Assembly (NCBI GenBank): GCA_964489545.1
Contig: CAZAZE010000001.1
Coordinates: forward strand, 417,592 to 481,591
Direction: 5' to 3'
Length of the DNA stretch: 64,000 bases
DNA from: an uncultured Bacteroidales bacterium
Lineage (GTDB): Bacteria; Bacteroidota; Bacteroidia; Bacteroidales; JAGOPY01
The notes under the pieces were generated by a model that saw only the letters and a program-made list of their open reading frames with translations, was not told the DNA's origin and did not search any database. The position numbers and the translations under genes were made by a program. Positions 1 to 8,345 of the stretch are shown here, piece after piece. The first letter of the stretch is position 1, and the number at the start of each line of letters is the position of its first letter.

Positions 1-371
1 ATCTCATAATTATGAAAATCATCCGGCCAGAGTTCGCGCAACTTCAACAGGCAAAAACCATGAATTGTACCGACATACATGCCTCCCAATGTGACATTTT
101 CACCGGGCAATGAAATTTTTTGAATCCAAGTTCTTATTCTAAACTTCATTTCTTGAGCTGCCTTTTCAGTGAATGTGAATGCCACAATATGATCCCTGGG
201 CACGCCCTCGACTCCTACCCACCATGCAATTCTCCGAGCAATCACCTCCGTTTTACCTGATCCGGCTCCAGCTACAACAAGTACTTGCCTATGTTCAGAC
301 CTGACAGCATTTTTCTGATCTTCTGTCAATCGTTCAAATAAAAGATCTTGAATTTCTTCAGCAGATTTCAT
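1..371 (-). CDS. UvrD/Rep/PcrA-family SF1 helicase, N-terminal fragment (gene runs off the left edge of the window)
   Basis: My own minus-strand translation from the ATG (complement of 369-371) reads MKSAEEIQDLLFERLTEDQKNAVRSEHRQVLVVAGAGSGKTEVIARRIAWWVGVEGVPRDHIVAFTFTEKAAQEMKFRIRTW... Walker A AGAGSGKT and motif Ia TFTxKAAxEM are UvrD-like helicase signatures. It is absent from the ORF track because it is truncated. Confidence 0.75.
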   Translation of the reverse strand, partial: MKSAEEIQDLLFERLTEDQKNAVRSEHRQVLVVAGAGSGKTEVIARRIAWWVGVEGVPRDHIVAFTFTEKAAQEMKFRIRTWIQKISLPGENVTLGGMYVGTIHGFCLLKLRELWPDDFHNYE

Positions 372-447
372 AATATTAGTAATTAGTTAATTGGTATTCA
401 GCACAATAAAGCTGGAGGTGGTTTAACTATACAATAGCTAAAAATTG

Positions 448-455
448 TACATTTG
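448..455 (+). promoter_or_regulatory. Candidate Bacteroidetes-type -7 box (TACATTTG) upstream of dcm
   Basis: TACATTTG fits the TAnnTTTG consensus and sits 22 nt upstream of the dcm ATG at 477. No convincing -33 TTTG partner was seen. Confidence 0.3.
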
Positions 456-476
456 TCAAAGTTAATTATTTTCTAA

Positions 477-1514
477 ATGAAACCCGCTACAAAATACAGC
501 AGCATTGACTTGTTTTCAGGTTGTGGTGGATTAACTTTAGGCTTGCATAAAGCTGGTTTTCATACCGAACTGGCAATTGATTCCGATTATTATGCTTGCA
601 AGACTTATAAAATGAATTTTAGAAATACAATATTAATTGAGCAAGATATCCGCACGGTTTCAACTGATAAAATCAAAGAAAATTTAAGTGTACAGACTAT
701 ACATTTGCTTGCCGGTTGCCCTCCATGTCAGGGATTTTCTTCTTTGAGAAGATTAAACAAAAGACAAAATGTAAGGGATGCAAGAAACAATTTGGTTCTT
801 GAATACTTGAGGTTTGTAAAAGAACTGATGCCATATACCATTATGATGGAAAATGTTCCTGGGCTTGCAAATTATTATCAATTCAGGAATATGGTTACAG
901 AACTCAAGAATATTGGATACCATATCGTATTTAAGGTTTTAAATGTTAAGCATTACGGAGTTCCTCAAAATCGAGAGCGTTTGGTATTAATAGGATCGAG
1001 ATTGGGTAAAATCGATATTCCTTCTGGAATTGGGAAATATATCACCGTCAAACAAAGAATCGGAAATTTGGCGTCACCTGAAATTTCAAACGATCCATTG
1101 CAGAAAATAGTCGCAAATCATACTGATCGAATAAAAGCAATGATTGCGCTAATTCCGAAAGATGGTGGGGGCAGAAAGGAATTGCCGGATGAATACATAC
1201 TCGAATGCCATAAAAAAGAAGGGATCGGTTTCAATGATATTTATGGTAGATTAAGATGGAATGACCAAAGCACAACTATTACCGGAGGATGTTTAAATCC
1301 ATCGAAAGGTCGTTTTCTTCATCCCGAACAAGACAGAGTCATCACACCTCGTGAGGCTGCAATGTTGCAATCCTTTCCAAAAAATTACAAATTCCCTATC
1401 CAAATTCCAAAAGCGGCATTGGCTTTGTTAATTGGGAATGCCCTACCACCGGCATTTAGTTACAACATCTCAAAACACATCAAAAAACATCTGGACGAAT
1501 ACCTTGGCCGATAA
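477..1514 (+). CDS. dcm: DNA (cytosine-5)-methyltransferase
   Basis: Canonical C5-MTase motifs are present: I DLFSGCGGLTLG, IV GCPPCQGFS, VI ENVPGL, VIII QNRERLVLIG, X GNALPP. Confidence 0.95.
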   Translation: MKPATKYSSIDLFSGCGGLTLGLHKAGFHTELAIDSDYYACKTYKMNFRNTILIEQDIRTVSTDKIKENLSVQTIHLLAGCPPCQGFSSLRRLNKRQNVRDARNNLVLEYLRFVKELMPYTIMMENVPGLANYYQFRNMVTELKNIGYHIVFKVLNVKHYGVPQNRERLVLIGSRLGKIDIPSGIGKYITVKQRIGNLASPEISNDPLQKIVANHTDRIKAMIALIPKDGGGRKELPDEYILECHKKEGIGFNDIYGRLRWNDQSTTITGGCLNPSKGRFLHPEQDRVITPREAAMLQSFPKNYKFPIQIPKAALALLIGNALPPAFSYNISKHIKKHLDEYLGR

Positions 1515-1932
1515 ATTTTCGATAGAAAAACGAAGCGATATTATGTCGAAAATTTCCGGTACGGAAACGAAACCTGAAATAATAGTTCGCAAATTTCTGC
1601 ACTCAAAAGGAATCCGTTACAGGAAAAATGACAAAAGATATCCTGGGAAACCCGATATTCTTTTACCGAAATACAGGACGATCATTTTTGTTCATGGCTG
1701 TTTCTGGCATGGTCATAACTGCAAAGCTGCTAAAGTTCCCAATACGAGAACCTTATTCTGGGTAGATAAGATTAACGGTAACGTCAAAAGGGATGAAGAA
1801 ATCATTAAGTCCCTCAAAGAAATGGGATGGAAAATAATCATAGTGTGGCAATGTCAGTTGAAAAATTTCAAACTCCGTGAGAAAAGGCTGATGCAAATCT
1901 TATCGGAACTAAAAAGTAATGTAAATAAGTAA
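1504..1932 (+). CDS. vsr: Very short patch repair endonuclease (Vsr)
   Basis: The sequence (L/M)ADKFSIEKRSDIMSKISGTETKPEIIVRKFLHSKGIRYRKNDKRYPGKPDILLPKYRTIIFVHGCFWHGH matches the Vsr N-terminus and the FxHGCFWH core. I prefer the in-frame TTG at 1504, which overlaps the dcm stop by 11 nt as in the classical dcm-vsr arrangement. ATG 1543 is the alternative. The track start at 1432 would overlap dcm by 83 nt. Confidence 0.9.
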   Translation: MADKFSIEKRSDIMSKISGTETKPEIIVRKFLHSKGIRYRKNDKRYPGKPDILLPKYRTIIFVHGCFWHGHNCKAAKVPNTRTLFWVDKINGNVKRDEEIIKSLKEMGWKIIIVWQCQLKNFKLREKRLMQILSELKSNVNK

Positions 1933-2468
1933 TTCAAATTGAGATTTTGATGGTCGGGAGGGCCATTTAATAATTGAAAATAATCACCAAATTATAAACT
2001 TGATTGATGGAGATGTACGATTACGTAAGCATTCAGCATCGACTTCAGAATATATACACAAAAATGAAAGAATCGTCCAAAAAACTTGGCAAAAAATGAA
2101 GTGCGAATAACACTGCACAATTTAGGGCAAAAAACCAATTCATTTTCAATGTCTTAAAGTGATTTCGAGTTCCTGCTTTTATTTATTACAAATCACGAGG
2201 GATTTTCACATTCCTGGGCTAATCCTATGAAGCATCCCATGGAATTCCTGTGCGTTACCCACCATTTTCGATTTTGGGTGTAAAAAATACCCGAAAAACC
2301 CGTCCGGGAAGAGGGGTGTGTCCTCGCATATACATTCAAAATCGGAACCTGGAAATATGCCTGTTTTTATAAAACCCCTTGGTGAATTTGACGTTAGTTT
2401 GTGCCTGCTAATATCAAACCATCATTTGGAATAATGGTAGGCTAAATGGCCGAAGGGTTTCCAAATTG

Positions 2469-2492
2469 AAAAAAAAGAGCCATTGCTGGCTC
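2469..2492 (-). terminator. Rho-independent terminator after radC
   Basis: Minus-strand reading gives GAGCCA-GCAA-TGGCTC followed by T8, and it begins 9 nt after the radC stop. Confidence 0.55.
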
Positions 2493-2500
2493 CTGGAGGA

Positions 2501-2971
2501 CTATAACAGGCCCTCGTCTGCGAAGGAGTAGTACCCTTCCGATGAAATGATAAGGTGGTCCAGTACCGGCAGATCGAGCATTAAGCCGGCATCCTTAAGC
2601 TTTCTGGTTAAATGGATATCTGCCTCCGACGGTTGAAGATTCCCTGACGGATGGTTATGCGCCAGGATCAGGCTGCAAGCATTGGACTTCAGGGCAACCT
2701 GGAAGATCAGCTTTGGATCTGCTACTGTTCCGGACAATCCTCCCTGGCTGATCTTTGCCCAGCCCAGGACTCGATTGGCCCGGTTAAGGCACAATACCAT
2801 GAATTCCTCCACATGGTCAATTCGATCGCTCCAGATACGCTGCAGGACATCATAAACATCCCTCGAACCGGCAACTTTTTCCATATCTGAATGTCGGACC
2901 TTGTTCCGATAAAAGATTTCTATCTCTGCCAGGTTGCTGGTGAATAAAGTGACTGGATTTTTTGCTTTCAT
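2501..2971 (-). CDS. radC: RadC-like JAB/MPN domain protein
   Basis: The JAMM motif HNHPSG is present, with the upstream E and downstream SxxD (SEADIHLT). Size and layout are typical of mobile-element RadC proteins. Confidence 0.85.
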   Translation of the reverse strand: MKAKNPVTLFTSNLAEIEIFYRNKVRHSDMEKVAGSRDVYDVLQRIWSDRIDHVEEFMVLCLNRANRVLGWAKISQGGLSGTVADPKLIFQVALKSNACSLILAHNHPSGNLQPSEADIHLTRKLKDAGLMLDLPVLDHLIISSEGYYSFADEGLL

Positions 2972-2984
2972 ACTTCCCTCCTCT

Positions 2985-3560
2985 CTACCTGTTGAAACTC
3001 TCTGAAATGTACTCTACACATTGTTCTTCGAAGTTTCTGCCAGGCCGGTCATTAAAACCCGGTTCTTCCATTTCTACAGAAACCTCCAGTACAGGTGTTC
3101 TCTTTTGAGCCTGGGATTTGTTAACCACGTCGGATCCATGGAGCTTTCTAATCATTTCGATCGGCAATGGTTCCCTGTTGTGGCTTCTGAATTCAGTGGG
3201 CCGCCAATACCAGAGTTTCTTTCCACCGGAAAATCTGAAACCGAATTCCTTCAAACTGTCCTTGTACTGGATGGTATTGCCCCCAACCCAGACCCAGTGG
3301 CCGCAAATCTCGATTTCAACGTCAAATGAGATGATCAGGTTAATGATCTCCGGGAACTTGATGAAGCTCTCCTTCACATCTTCCTGTTGCACAGAGAATC
3401 CGAAGAATGGATCCTTGAGGATGGCCTCATACTGAAGGTTGATTTCCTGCATCGTGGCAGTATCGCCTCCACGATCCGGATGGTGTAATAATGCAAGCTT
3501 CTTGTATACTTGCTTAACTTCCTGTAGTGTCCTACAGTCGCGGAAATACAGTGTTTTCAT
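2985..3560 (-). CDS. J-domain (DnaJ-like) protein of unknown role
   Basis: The N-terminal J domain reads VKQVYKKLALLHHPDRGGD (HPD tripeptide). The C-terminal region (CGHWVWVGGNT...KKLWYW) is unassigned. The gene lies 13 nt upstream of radC on the same strand. Confidence 0.7.
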   Translation of the reverse strand: MKTLYFRDCRTLQEVKQVYKKLALLHHPDRGGDTATMQEINLQYEAILKDPFFGFSVQQEDVKESFIKFPEIINLIISFDVEIEICGHWVWVGGNTIQYKDSLKEFGFRFSGGKKLWYWRPTEFRSHNREPLPIEMIRKLHGSDVVNKSQAQKRTPVLEVSVEMEEPGFNDRPGRNFEEQCVEYISESFNR

Positions 3561-3626
3561 AGCTTAAAAGTTTTTGAATTTGTCATCCAAATAACTTTTG
3601 ACCATGAATTCATGCTTAAAAGAGTC

Positions 3627-3726
3627 AAATCCTCCAAAGTGTATGGTAATCGCGGGTTGGAGGATTTAACATAAAGTCATTATATGACACAAAGCGAAGC
3701 GACTGTTATATAATGGCACTTTATGT
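3627..3726. other. Two adjacent strong hairpins in the radC-dnaJ upstream region
   Basis: Hairpin 1: AAATCCTCCAA (3627-3637) pairs perfectly with TTGGAGGATTT (3657-3667). Hairpin 2: ACATAAAGT-CATTATAT (3669-3685) pairs with ATATAATG-GC-ACTTTATGT (3708-3726), giving 17 bp with a 2-nt bulge. Confidence 0.4.
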
Positions 3727-3948
3727 CTCAATCCCTCCAGGTATGGCAAACAATAAAAAAATGTCTGTTGGCAAAAGGAGTCTCTTTCCGCTGGCAGAAA
3801 AAGCCCCCCTGGTCGGGTCTTTTGCTTCCATTTCGAAAACCTCCACATCCGGTATCTTCATGCATATACAAATGGATGAATACTGGTTTAGAATACTCCT
3901 TTAATCGATTAATTTTTAAATTTACATGTTCTCTTAAAATGAATTCAC

Positions 3949-4575
3949 ATGATTGACTATAACAAAGTATTATCAAATTTATCCCAACACCGAAGCATTT
4001 TCCATTCAGAAAATGATTTTCAATTTGAATTAGCATGGCAGTTAAAGTTGGATTATCCCCATCTTGAAATTCGAATTGAAAAACCGATATTTCCTATATA
4101 CATTGACCTTTTTCTGATCGATGGTAGCAGAAAGATCGGGATTGAGTTGAAATATAAAACATCCAAAATCGATTACTTAGATAAGAATACCGGTGATATG
4201 TTCAGCCTAAAAGAACATGCGGCTTTGGACTCAGGTAGATTTGATTTCTTGAATGATATTTCCAGATTGGAAATTCATAAAAGTGCAGGTGTAATTGACA
4301 TTGGCTACAGCATTTTCATTACAAATTGTTCCTACTATTGGTCACCAATAAATTACAATTACAAAGTAGCGCCTAATGATATAAATTTTCGACTCGAAGA
4401 CGGAAATACGTTATCAGGACCAATGCTTTGGACCCCAGAAACCAAGGAATCAACAGTCGGAAAGAAACGAATTAAAGGATTAATGCTGCGCAACGAATAC
4501 AGAATGACATGGTGTGATTATTCTAATCTTGGCATGACCAATGGCCTGTTTAGATATTTATTGGTTGAGGTTTAG
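3949..4575 (+). CDS. Hypothetical protein with PD-(D/E)xK nuclease-like motif
   Basis: SENDFQFELAWQL ... IDLFLID ... IGIELKYK fits the E / D / ExK pattern of restriction-endonuclease-fold proteins. I recognised no other family. Confidence 0.4.
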   Translation: MIDYNKVLSNLSQHRSIFHSENDFQFELAWQLKLDYPHLEIRIEKPIFPIYIDLFLIDGSRKIGIELKYKTSKIDYLDKNTGDMFSLKEHAALDSGRFDFLNDISRLEIHKSAGVIDIGYSIFITNCSYYWSPINYNYKVAPNDINFRLEDGNTLSGPMLWTPETKESTVGKKRIKGLMLRNEYRMTWCDYSNLGMTNGLFRYLLVEV

Positions 4576-4632
4576 ACAAGCAATTTCATTAAGGCTACAT
4601 GAACTCATGTGATAAATGCGCACCAGAATTAA

Positions 4633-5190
4633 TTAGTTTTTGTATATCCTATCAGCATTAAGAAATATTTCTTTCCTGTAATGTCGGTAAATTGATAGCC
4701 AAGTCAGATGTCTTTTACCAAATCTCTTTAACATTTCTTCTTGTTTTGGATTAGATCCATTTTTAAAATACCTGGAGGAGGCGAGTGCTACCTGATCAAT
4801 AGGAATATCAATCCCCAAAATACATCTAATATTTTCGATGTCTTTTTTCAAGTCGGTAATTTGAGCACTTTTAAATCCTTCATGGGCCTTTGCCTCTATA
4901 ATAACTATCCTATTTTCGGAAAACATACACAGGTCGAAAGTCCTTTTATCAGAATATTCAGTATCTCTGACAGACATTCCTATGCTTTTCAGGTAATCCC
5001 TGTAAAAGCAAACTTCGTATGCCACTTCCCATTCATCAAGCGGATTGTAATTCGTATTTGGAAGAAGGTTCAATAAATCAATGAATTTTGATGGATTGTT
5101 CTTAATTGTGAAATACAAATGAGCACAGAAAAATCGTTCATCTCGAGTAATTTCTTCCCAGTTTTTCCCTTCAAAATATGAAAATCCCAT
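4633..5190 (-). CDS. Hypothetical protein with PD-(D/E)xK nuclease-like motif
   Basis: EWEVAYEV ... TFDLCMF ... IVIIEAKAH gives the E / D / ExK pattern. It is the last gene of a tightly spaced minus-strand cassette. Confidence 0.4.
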   Translation of the reverse strand: MGFSYFEGKNWEEITRDERFFCAHLYFTIKNNPSKFIDLLNLLPNTNYNPLDEWEVAYEVCFYRDYLKSIGMSVRDTEYSDKRTFDLCMFSENRIVIIEAKAHEGFKSAQITDLKKDIENIRCILGIDIPIDQVALASSRYFKNGSNPKQEEMLKRFGKRHLTWLSIYRHYRKEIFLNADRIYKN

Positions 5191-5199
5191 ATAGTTGTT

Positions 5200-5697
5200 T
5201 TAAGTTGTCAACCTTCTTGTTCTATCTTCTTCATATCGATTTTGATATTTTTCAAAATCACCAAAACAAATGGCATCCAGGGCATCTTCATACGAAAGGT
5301 CAGGTTGTTGCAGTATCTTCCTTATCTCTAACATGTTATCCCAGACATAACTCTCGTACTGTTCTGGAGTATGATTTGTTTCAAAACCAGCTGGATCAAA
5401 AACAGGATCTTCTATTTCTTGTGGAATGGAGTCCCATTGTACTACATTTAAAACCTTAATTCCTCTAAAATATTCCGGGATTTTTCGGTTGTCGAAAATG
5501 AATGGGTGCATTACAGATAAGTGACAATGCTTTGGTATTATTTCGTCATATGATTCCAGTGATTTGCTGATTCCGATTTTTAATGCTTCATTATCAGATA
5601 ATGCAGAATCAATGTAAACACCAATGATGATCAGGCCATTATCAGTTAAATGGTAGTATTCGCTTGTAAAAGCATCCAAAAAATCTTCCACTGTCAT
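5200..5697 (-). CDS. Hypothetical acidic protein (165 aa)
   Basis: It is an ATG-started ORF with 9-nt gaps to both neighbours. I recognised no motif. Confidence 0.5.
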   Translation of the reverse strand: MTVEDFLDAFTSEYYHLTDNGLIIIGVYIDSALSDNEALKIGISKSLESYDEIIPKHCHLSVMHPFIFDNRKIPEYFRGIKVLNVVQWDSIPQEIEDPVFDPAGFETNHTPEQYESYVWDNMLEIRKILQQPDLSYEDALDAICFGDFEKYQNRYEEDRTRRLTT

Positions 5698-5706
5698 AAT
5701 ATCGGA

Positions 5707-6159
5707 TCAAAAGAGGCTGTTAAGAGGCGGCAATTCTCCATACTCAAAATGGTAAGTTTCAAGCAGTTCTTTTTCCTTGATACGGGGATTATCGGTGAAA
5801 TATAAAGTCAGTTTCATCCCATTTAAGGGGTACCTATCACTTTTTGCAATGGCACTGTACAAATTACCTCCACCATGCTGATTATCAGTTTTTCCGTTCA
5901 CTGCATTGATCAAAGCGCCTGGCCTTTCATGATTTTTAGACATTGATCCTTGTCCGATATAAAGAATGCCATTACTATCTTCCTTCAGCACTCTTGGCAC
6001 ATATCGATCAGTAGTCAGTATATATACACACTCTTTATAGCGATACTCCTGACCAGGGTCTATTGACGATCTCCAGGATGTCAATTTCTTATAAAAATCA
6101 CTGTGTAAGACAGGAAATTCTTCACATGGTAAGTCTTGCATCAACTTTTGATATTCCAT
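5707..6159 (-). CDS. Hypothetical protein, GIY-YIG nuclease-like
   Basis: CVYILTT...GILYIGQGS...R...KEKELLETYHFEYGELPPLN resembles the GIY / YIG / R / E / N arrangement of GIY-YIG domains. Confidence 0.4.
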   Translation of the reverse strand: MEYQKLMQDLPCEEFPVLHSDFYKKLTSWRSSIDPGQEYRYKECVYILTTDRYVPRVLKEDSNGILYIGQGSMSKNHERPGALINAVNGKTDNQHGGGNLYSAIAKSDRYPLNGMKLTLYFTDNPRIKEKELLETYHFEYGELPPLNSLF

Positions 6160-6176
6160 AATGATTTAATCAATGA

Positions 6177-6830
6177 TCAATCCAAGAAATATTGATCTTC
6201 CCAAAATTTAATTGAGTCGTTATAAATGATGCATGTTCTAATTAATTTAAATACACGATAACCTTTTTCAGGATTAAAGAGTACTGTCATTAACACAAGT
6301 TTTGGACCTGAATCAGTCTTACTTTTTGATTGCCAATATTCAATGACCCTCTTGAGATACTCCGGATACTCATTTTCAGGCACATATGTAAAGAGCAATC
6401 CAGAGGATGTTTTGGTTTTTCTTACACTTGTAAATAGTTTTTCCAGTTCCTTACCTCGACCGAAAACATCTTTGTAATCCCATTCCCATTCCGCAAATAA
6501 TAATGTAATTGGTTTGACATCCTTCATTTTAATGACAGCATCTCTTTTGCCCTCTGTTTCAAAAATGCAATAGAGGTTCATTATTTTTGCAGCAGAATGA
6601 AAAGAATGAGCAATAAGATAAGTACAATTTGTCCTTGAAGCCCCAATAGTACCATCATTCATTTGATAATCAGCGTCACTATTAATGTATATCTCTCTAA
6701 ATAATAAAATAAAAATATTTGCAGGCGAATTAAAAGTGTAATCCGTCTTGATACTTTTTTGCAATTCAGTATAATGTGGATATAAGTCCGGAGAAGTTAA
6801 TTTCAGAGTTTGATCTATTATAAAGCTCAT
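6177..6830 (-). CDS. Hypothetical protein (217 aa)
   Basis: It is an ATG-started ORF 17 nt upstream of the next gene. A weak nuclease-like pattern (ETEGKRDAV ... LLFAEWEWD) is not diagnostic. Confidence 0.45.
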   Translation of the reverse strand: MSFIIDQTLKLTSPDLYPHYTELQKSIKTDYTFNSPANIFILLFREIYINSDADYQMNDGTIGASRTNCTYLIAHSFHSAAKIMNLYCIFETEGKRDAVIKMKDVKPITLLFAEWEWDYKDVFGRGKELEKLFTSVRKTKTSSGLLFTYVPENEYPEYLKRVIEYWQSKSKTDSGPKLVLMTVLFNPEKGYRVFKLIRTCIIYNDSIKFWEDQYFLD

Positions 6831-6881
6831 AAATTCAGTTTTAATTTTAACTAATGTTACTCGGAAACATACGATTTACGT

Positions 6882-7166
6882 TTACCACCATTTAGAGATT
6901 AGATATTGATCAGCTTTACCAGATTGTATATAATTCTGCCATTCTTGTTTCGTTATTTTCAAGGTTTCGCCTGTCTTCTTATCTTTAATAGAGATTTTGA
7001 AATCTTGAGGCTTGTCAGCTAATGAGTAAGAGTGAAACTTTTCTTTTTCTTGTTCAGTTTTTATTCTATTTTCCAAACCTGATTTCCTCTTATCATTTTT
7101 TGAAAATATTCCTATGACACCCAAAACAATGAAGGCAGCAATTCCCATAATTAATGCAGATTCCAT
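6882..7166 (-). CDS. Small single-pass membrane protein
   Basis: An N-terminal hydrophobic helix (ALIMGIAAFIVLGVIGIF) is followed by a charged linker and a small C-terminal domain. Confidence 0.45.
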   Translation of the reverse strand: MESALIMGIAAFIVLGVIGIFSKNDKRKSGLENRIKTEQEKEKFHSYSLADKPQDFKISIKDKKTGETLKITKQEWQNYIQSGKADQYLISKWW

Positions 7167-7253
7167 AAGGATTAAATTAAATTTATAAAATCTATATCTA
7201 CGTATAAAGTTTTAACATCTGTAACACATTAAACAGAAAACTGGATAATCAGT

Positions 7254-8294
7254 CTATGCCTCATCCGGAGGCAATAATGTCCATATCCTTTTCATTGGTA
7301 TCTCGGTCTTGATATCATCATCCAATTTTTCATAATTACTCAATAATTCATTGATAATCTCCTCCTGACCCCATAGTCTGACCTTGAAAAATTGAGAAGG
7401 GATCTCTTTATCCACTGATGTTTTAAAACCACTCCAGGAAACGAGCAAGCCCTGATCTGCATTAAAGTTCTGCATTGTCCCGATTAATTGGTCAAGCGTT
7501 GGCCTATCAACTGGCGAGGAGGTGGTTTTTACCTGTACACATAATCTCGGTGATCCAAAGCCCAACGGTTCAGGGGCTGCAAGCAAATCGACACCTTTGT
7601 CCGGGCCTGCCGGTGACCGGTAAACGATATATCCTTTCGCTTTTAAAATAGCCTCGATGATCCTTGACATCCCGTGGCCTTTGAATTTGCGATCAATAAA
7701 CCGGGTAATCTGGTCGGCTGCTATTATTTCCAGGTCAACCTGGGCTTCAGTGTTCGGATCGCTGGAAATCTCCCCTTGCAAAACTGTAACACCGGTTTTT
7801 TGCGGTTGCATCATCCAATTATTTTTCTCCATTGCCCGGATACGTTTTTCAGCATCATTGCGGGTAATTCCGCATACGGTAAGAAATGCTCCAAGTGAAT
7901 AGAGAATATCCTGGTCAAAATTTGTCCGTGGTATATCCTTCTTGATCCATTTAACTTCTACATAATGAATATATTCGGCTATGGTTTGCGGATTGTATTT
8001 ATACCCGCTTGACACTTCTCCGATGTGCATTGTTGATTTAAACTTGCTGGGCATGACAATCCAGTCTCCGATTTTCATATTCAGAAAGGCGTATAGCTGT
8101 CCGGCATAATTGCCTATCTGTCTTTTTTTCCTTCCTGGATACGAATTTTCCATTATCTTGTAAACGGCGGAGTATTCTTTAACTCCTGTCAGGTCTTCTG
8201 TATTGATATCCCAGGTAAAATATACCCTGCCTTCATCGAGGAACTTTTTCTCATATTCGCCGGACTTGCCAGCGCGTACTAACCAGATTGCCAT
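7254..8294 (-). CDS. Mrr-family (type IV-like) restriction endonuclease with an N-terminal accessory domain
   Basis: The C-terminal Mrr_cat-like core reads GPDKGVDLLA...RLCVQVKTTSSPVDRPTLDQLIGTM...GLLVSWSGF (D / QxK pattern). The N-terminus MAIWLVRAGKSGEYEKKFLDEGRVYFTWD is one I recall recurring in proteins annotated as restriction endonucleases. I prefer ATG 8294 over the TTG at 8342 used by the track. Confidence 0.7.
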   Translation of the reverse strand: MAIWLVRAGKSGEYEKKFLDEGRVYFTWDINTEDLTGVKEYSAVYKIMENSYPGRKKRQIGNYAGQLYAFLNMKIGDWIVMPSKFKSTMHIGEVSSGYKYNPQTIAEYIHYVEVKWIKKDIPRTNFDQDILYSLGAFLTVCGITRNDAEKRIRAMEKNNWMMQPQKTGVTVLQGEISSDPNTEAQVDLEIIAADQITRFIDRKFKGHGMSRIIEAILKAKGYIVYRSPAGPDKGVDLLAAPEPLGFGSPRLCVQVKTTSSPVDRPTLDQLIGTMQNFNADQGLLVSWSGFKTSVDKEIPSQFFKVRLWGQEEIINELLSNYEKLDDDIKTEIPMKRIWTLLPPDEA

Positions 8295-8345
8295 AATGCT
8301 TATTAGTATTAAGTTATCCAAAGCATTTAATTGCTCTATCAAAAT

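Noticed and set aside
1432-1503. Upstream extension of the vsr ORF given by the track (start at 1432)
   Set aside because: It would overlap dcm by 83 nt and adds residues (MGMPYHRHLVTTSQ...) that are just the alternative frame of the dcm C-terminus. Similarity to Vsr begins at the TTG at 1504.
1933-2468. 536-nt non-coding gap between vsr and radC, inspected for an att repeat, oriT or RNA gene
   Set aside because: I saw only weak short stems (for example GTGATTT/AAATCAC) and no copy of the tmRNA 3' end. Nothing can be supported by eye. It needs a covariance-model or repeat search.
3666-4036. Four overlapping 60-102-aa ORFs in the gap between the J-domain gene and 3949-4575
   Set aside because: They are mutually overlapping on both strands, have odd composition and no motifs. 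The region is better explained by structured non-coding DNA/RNA (the hairpins).
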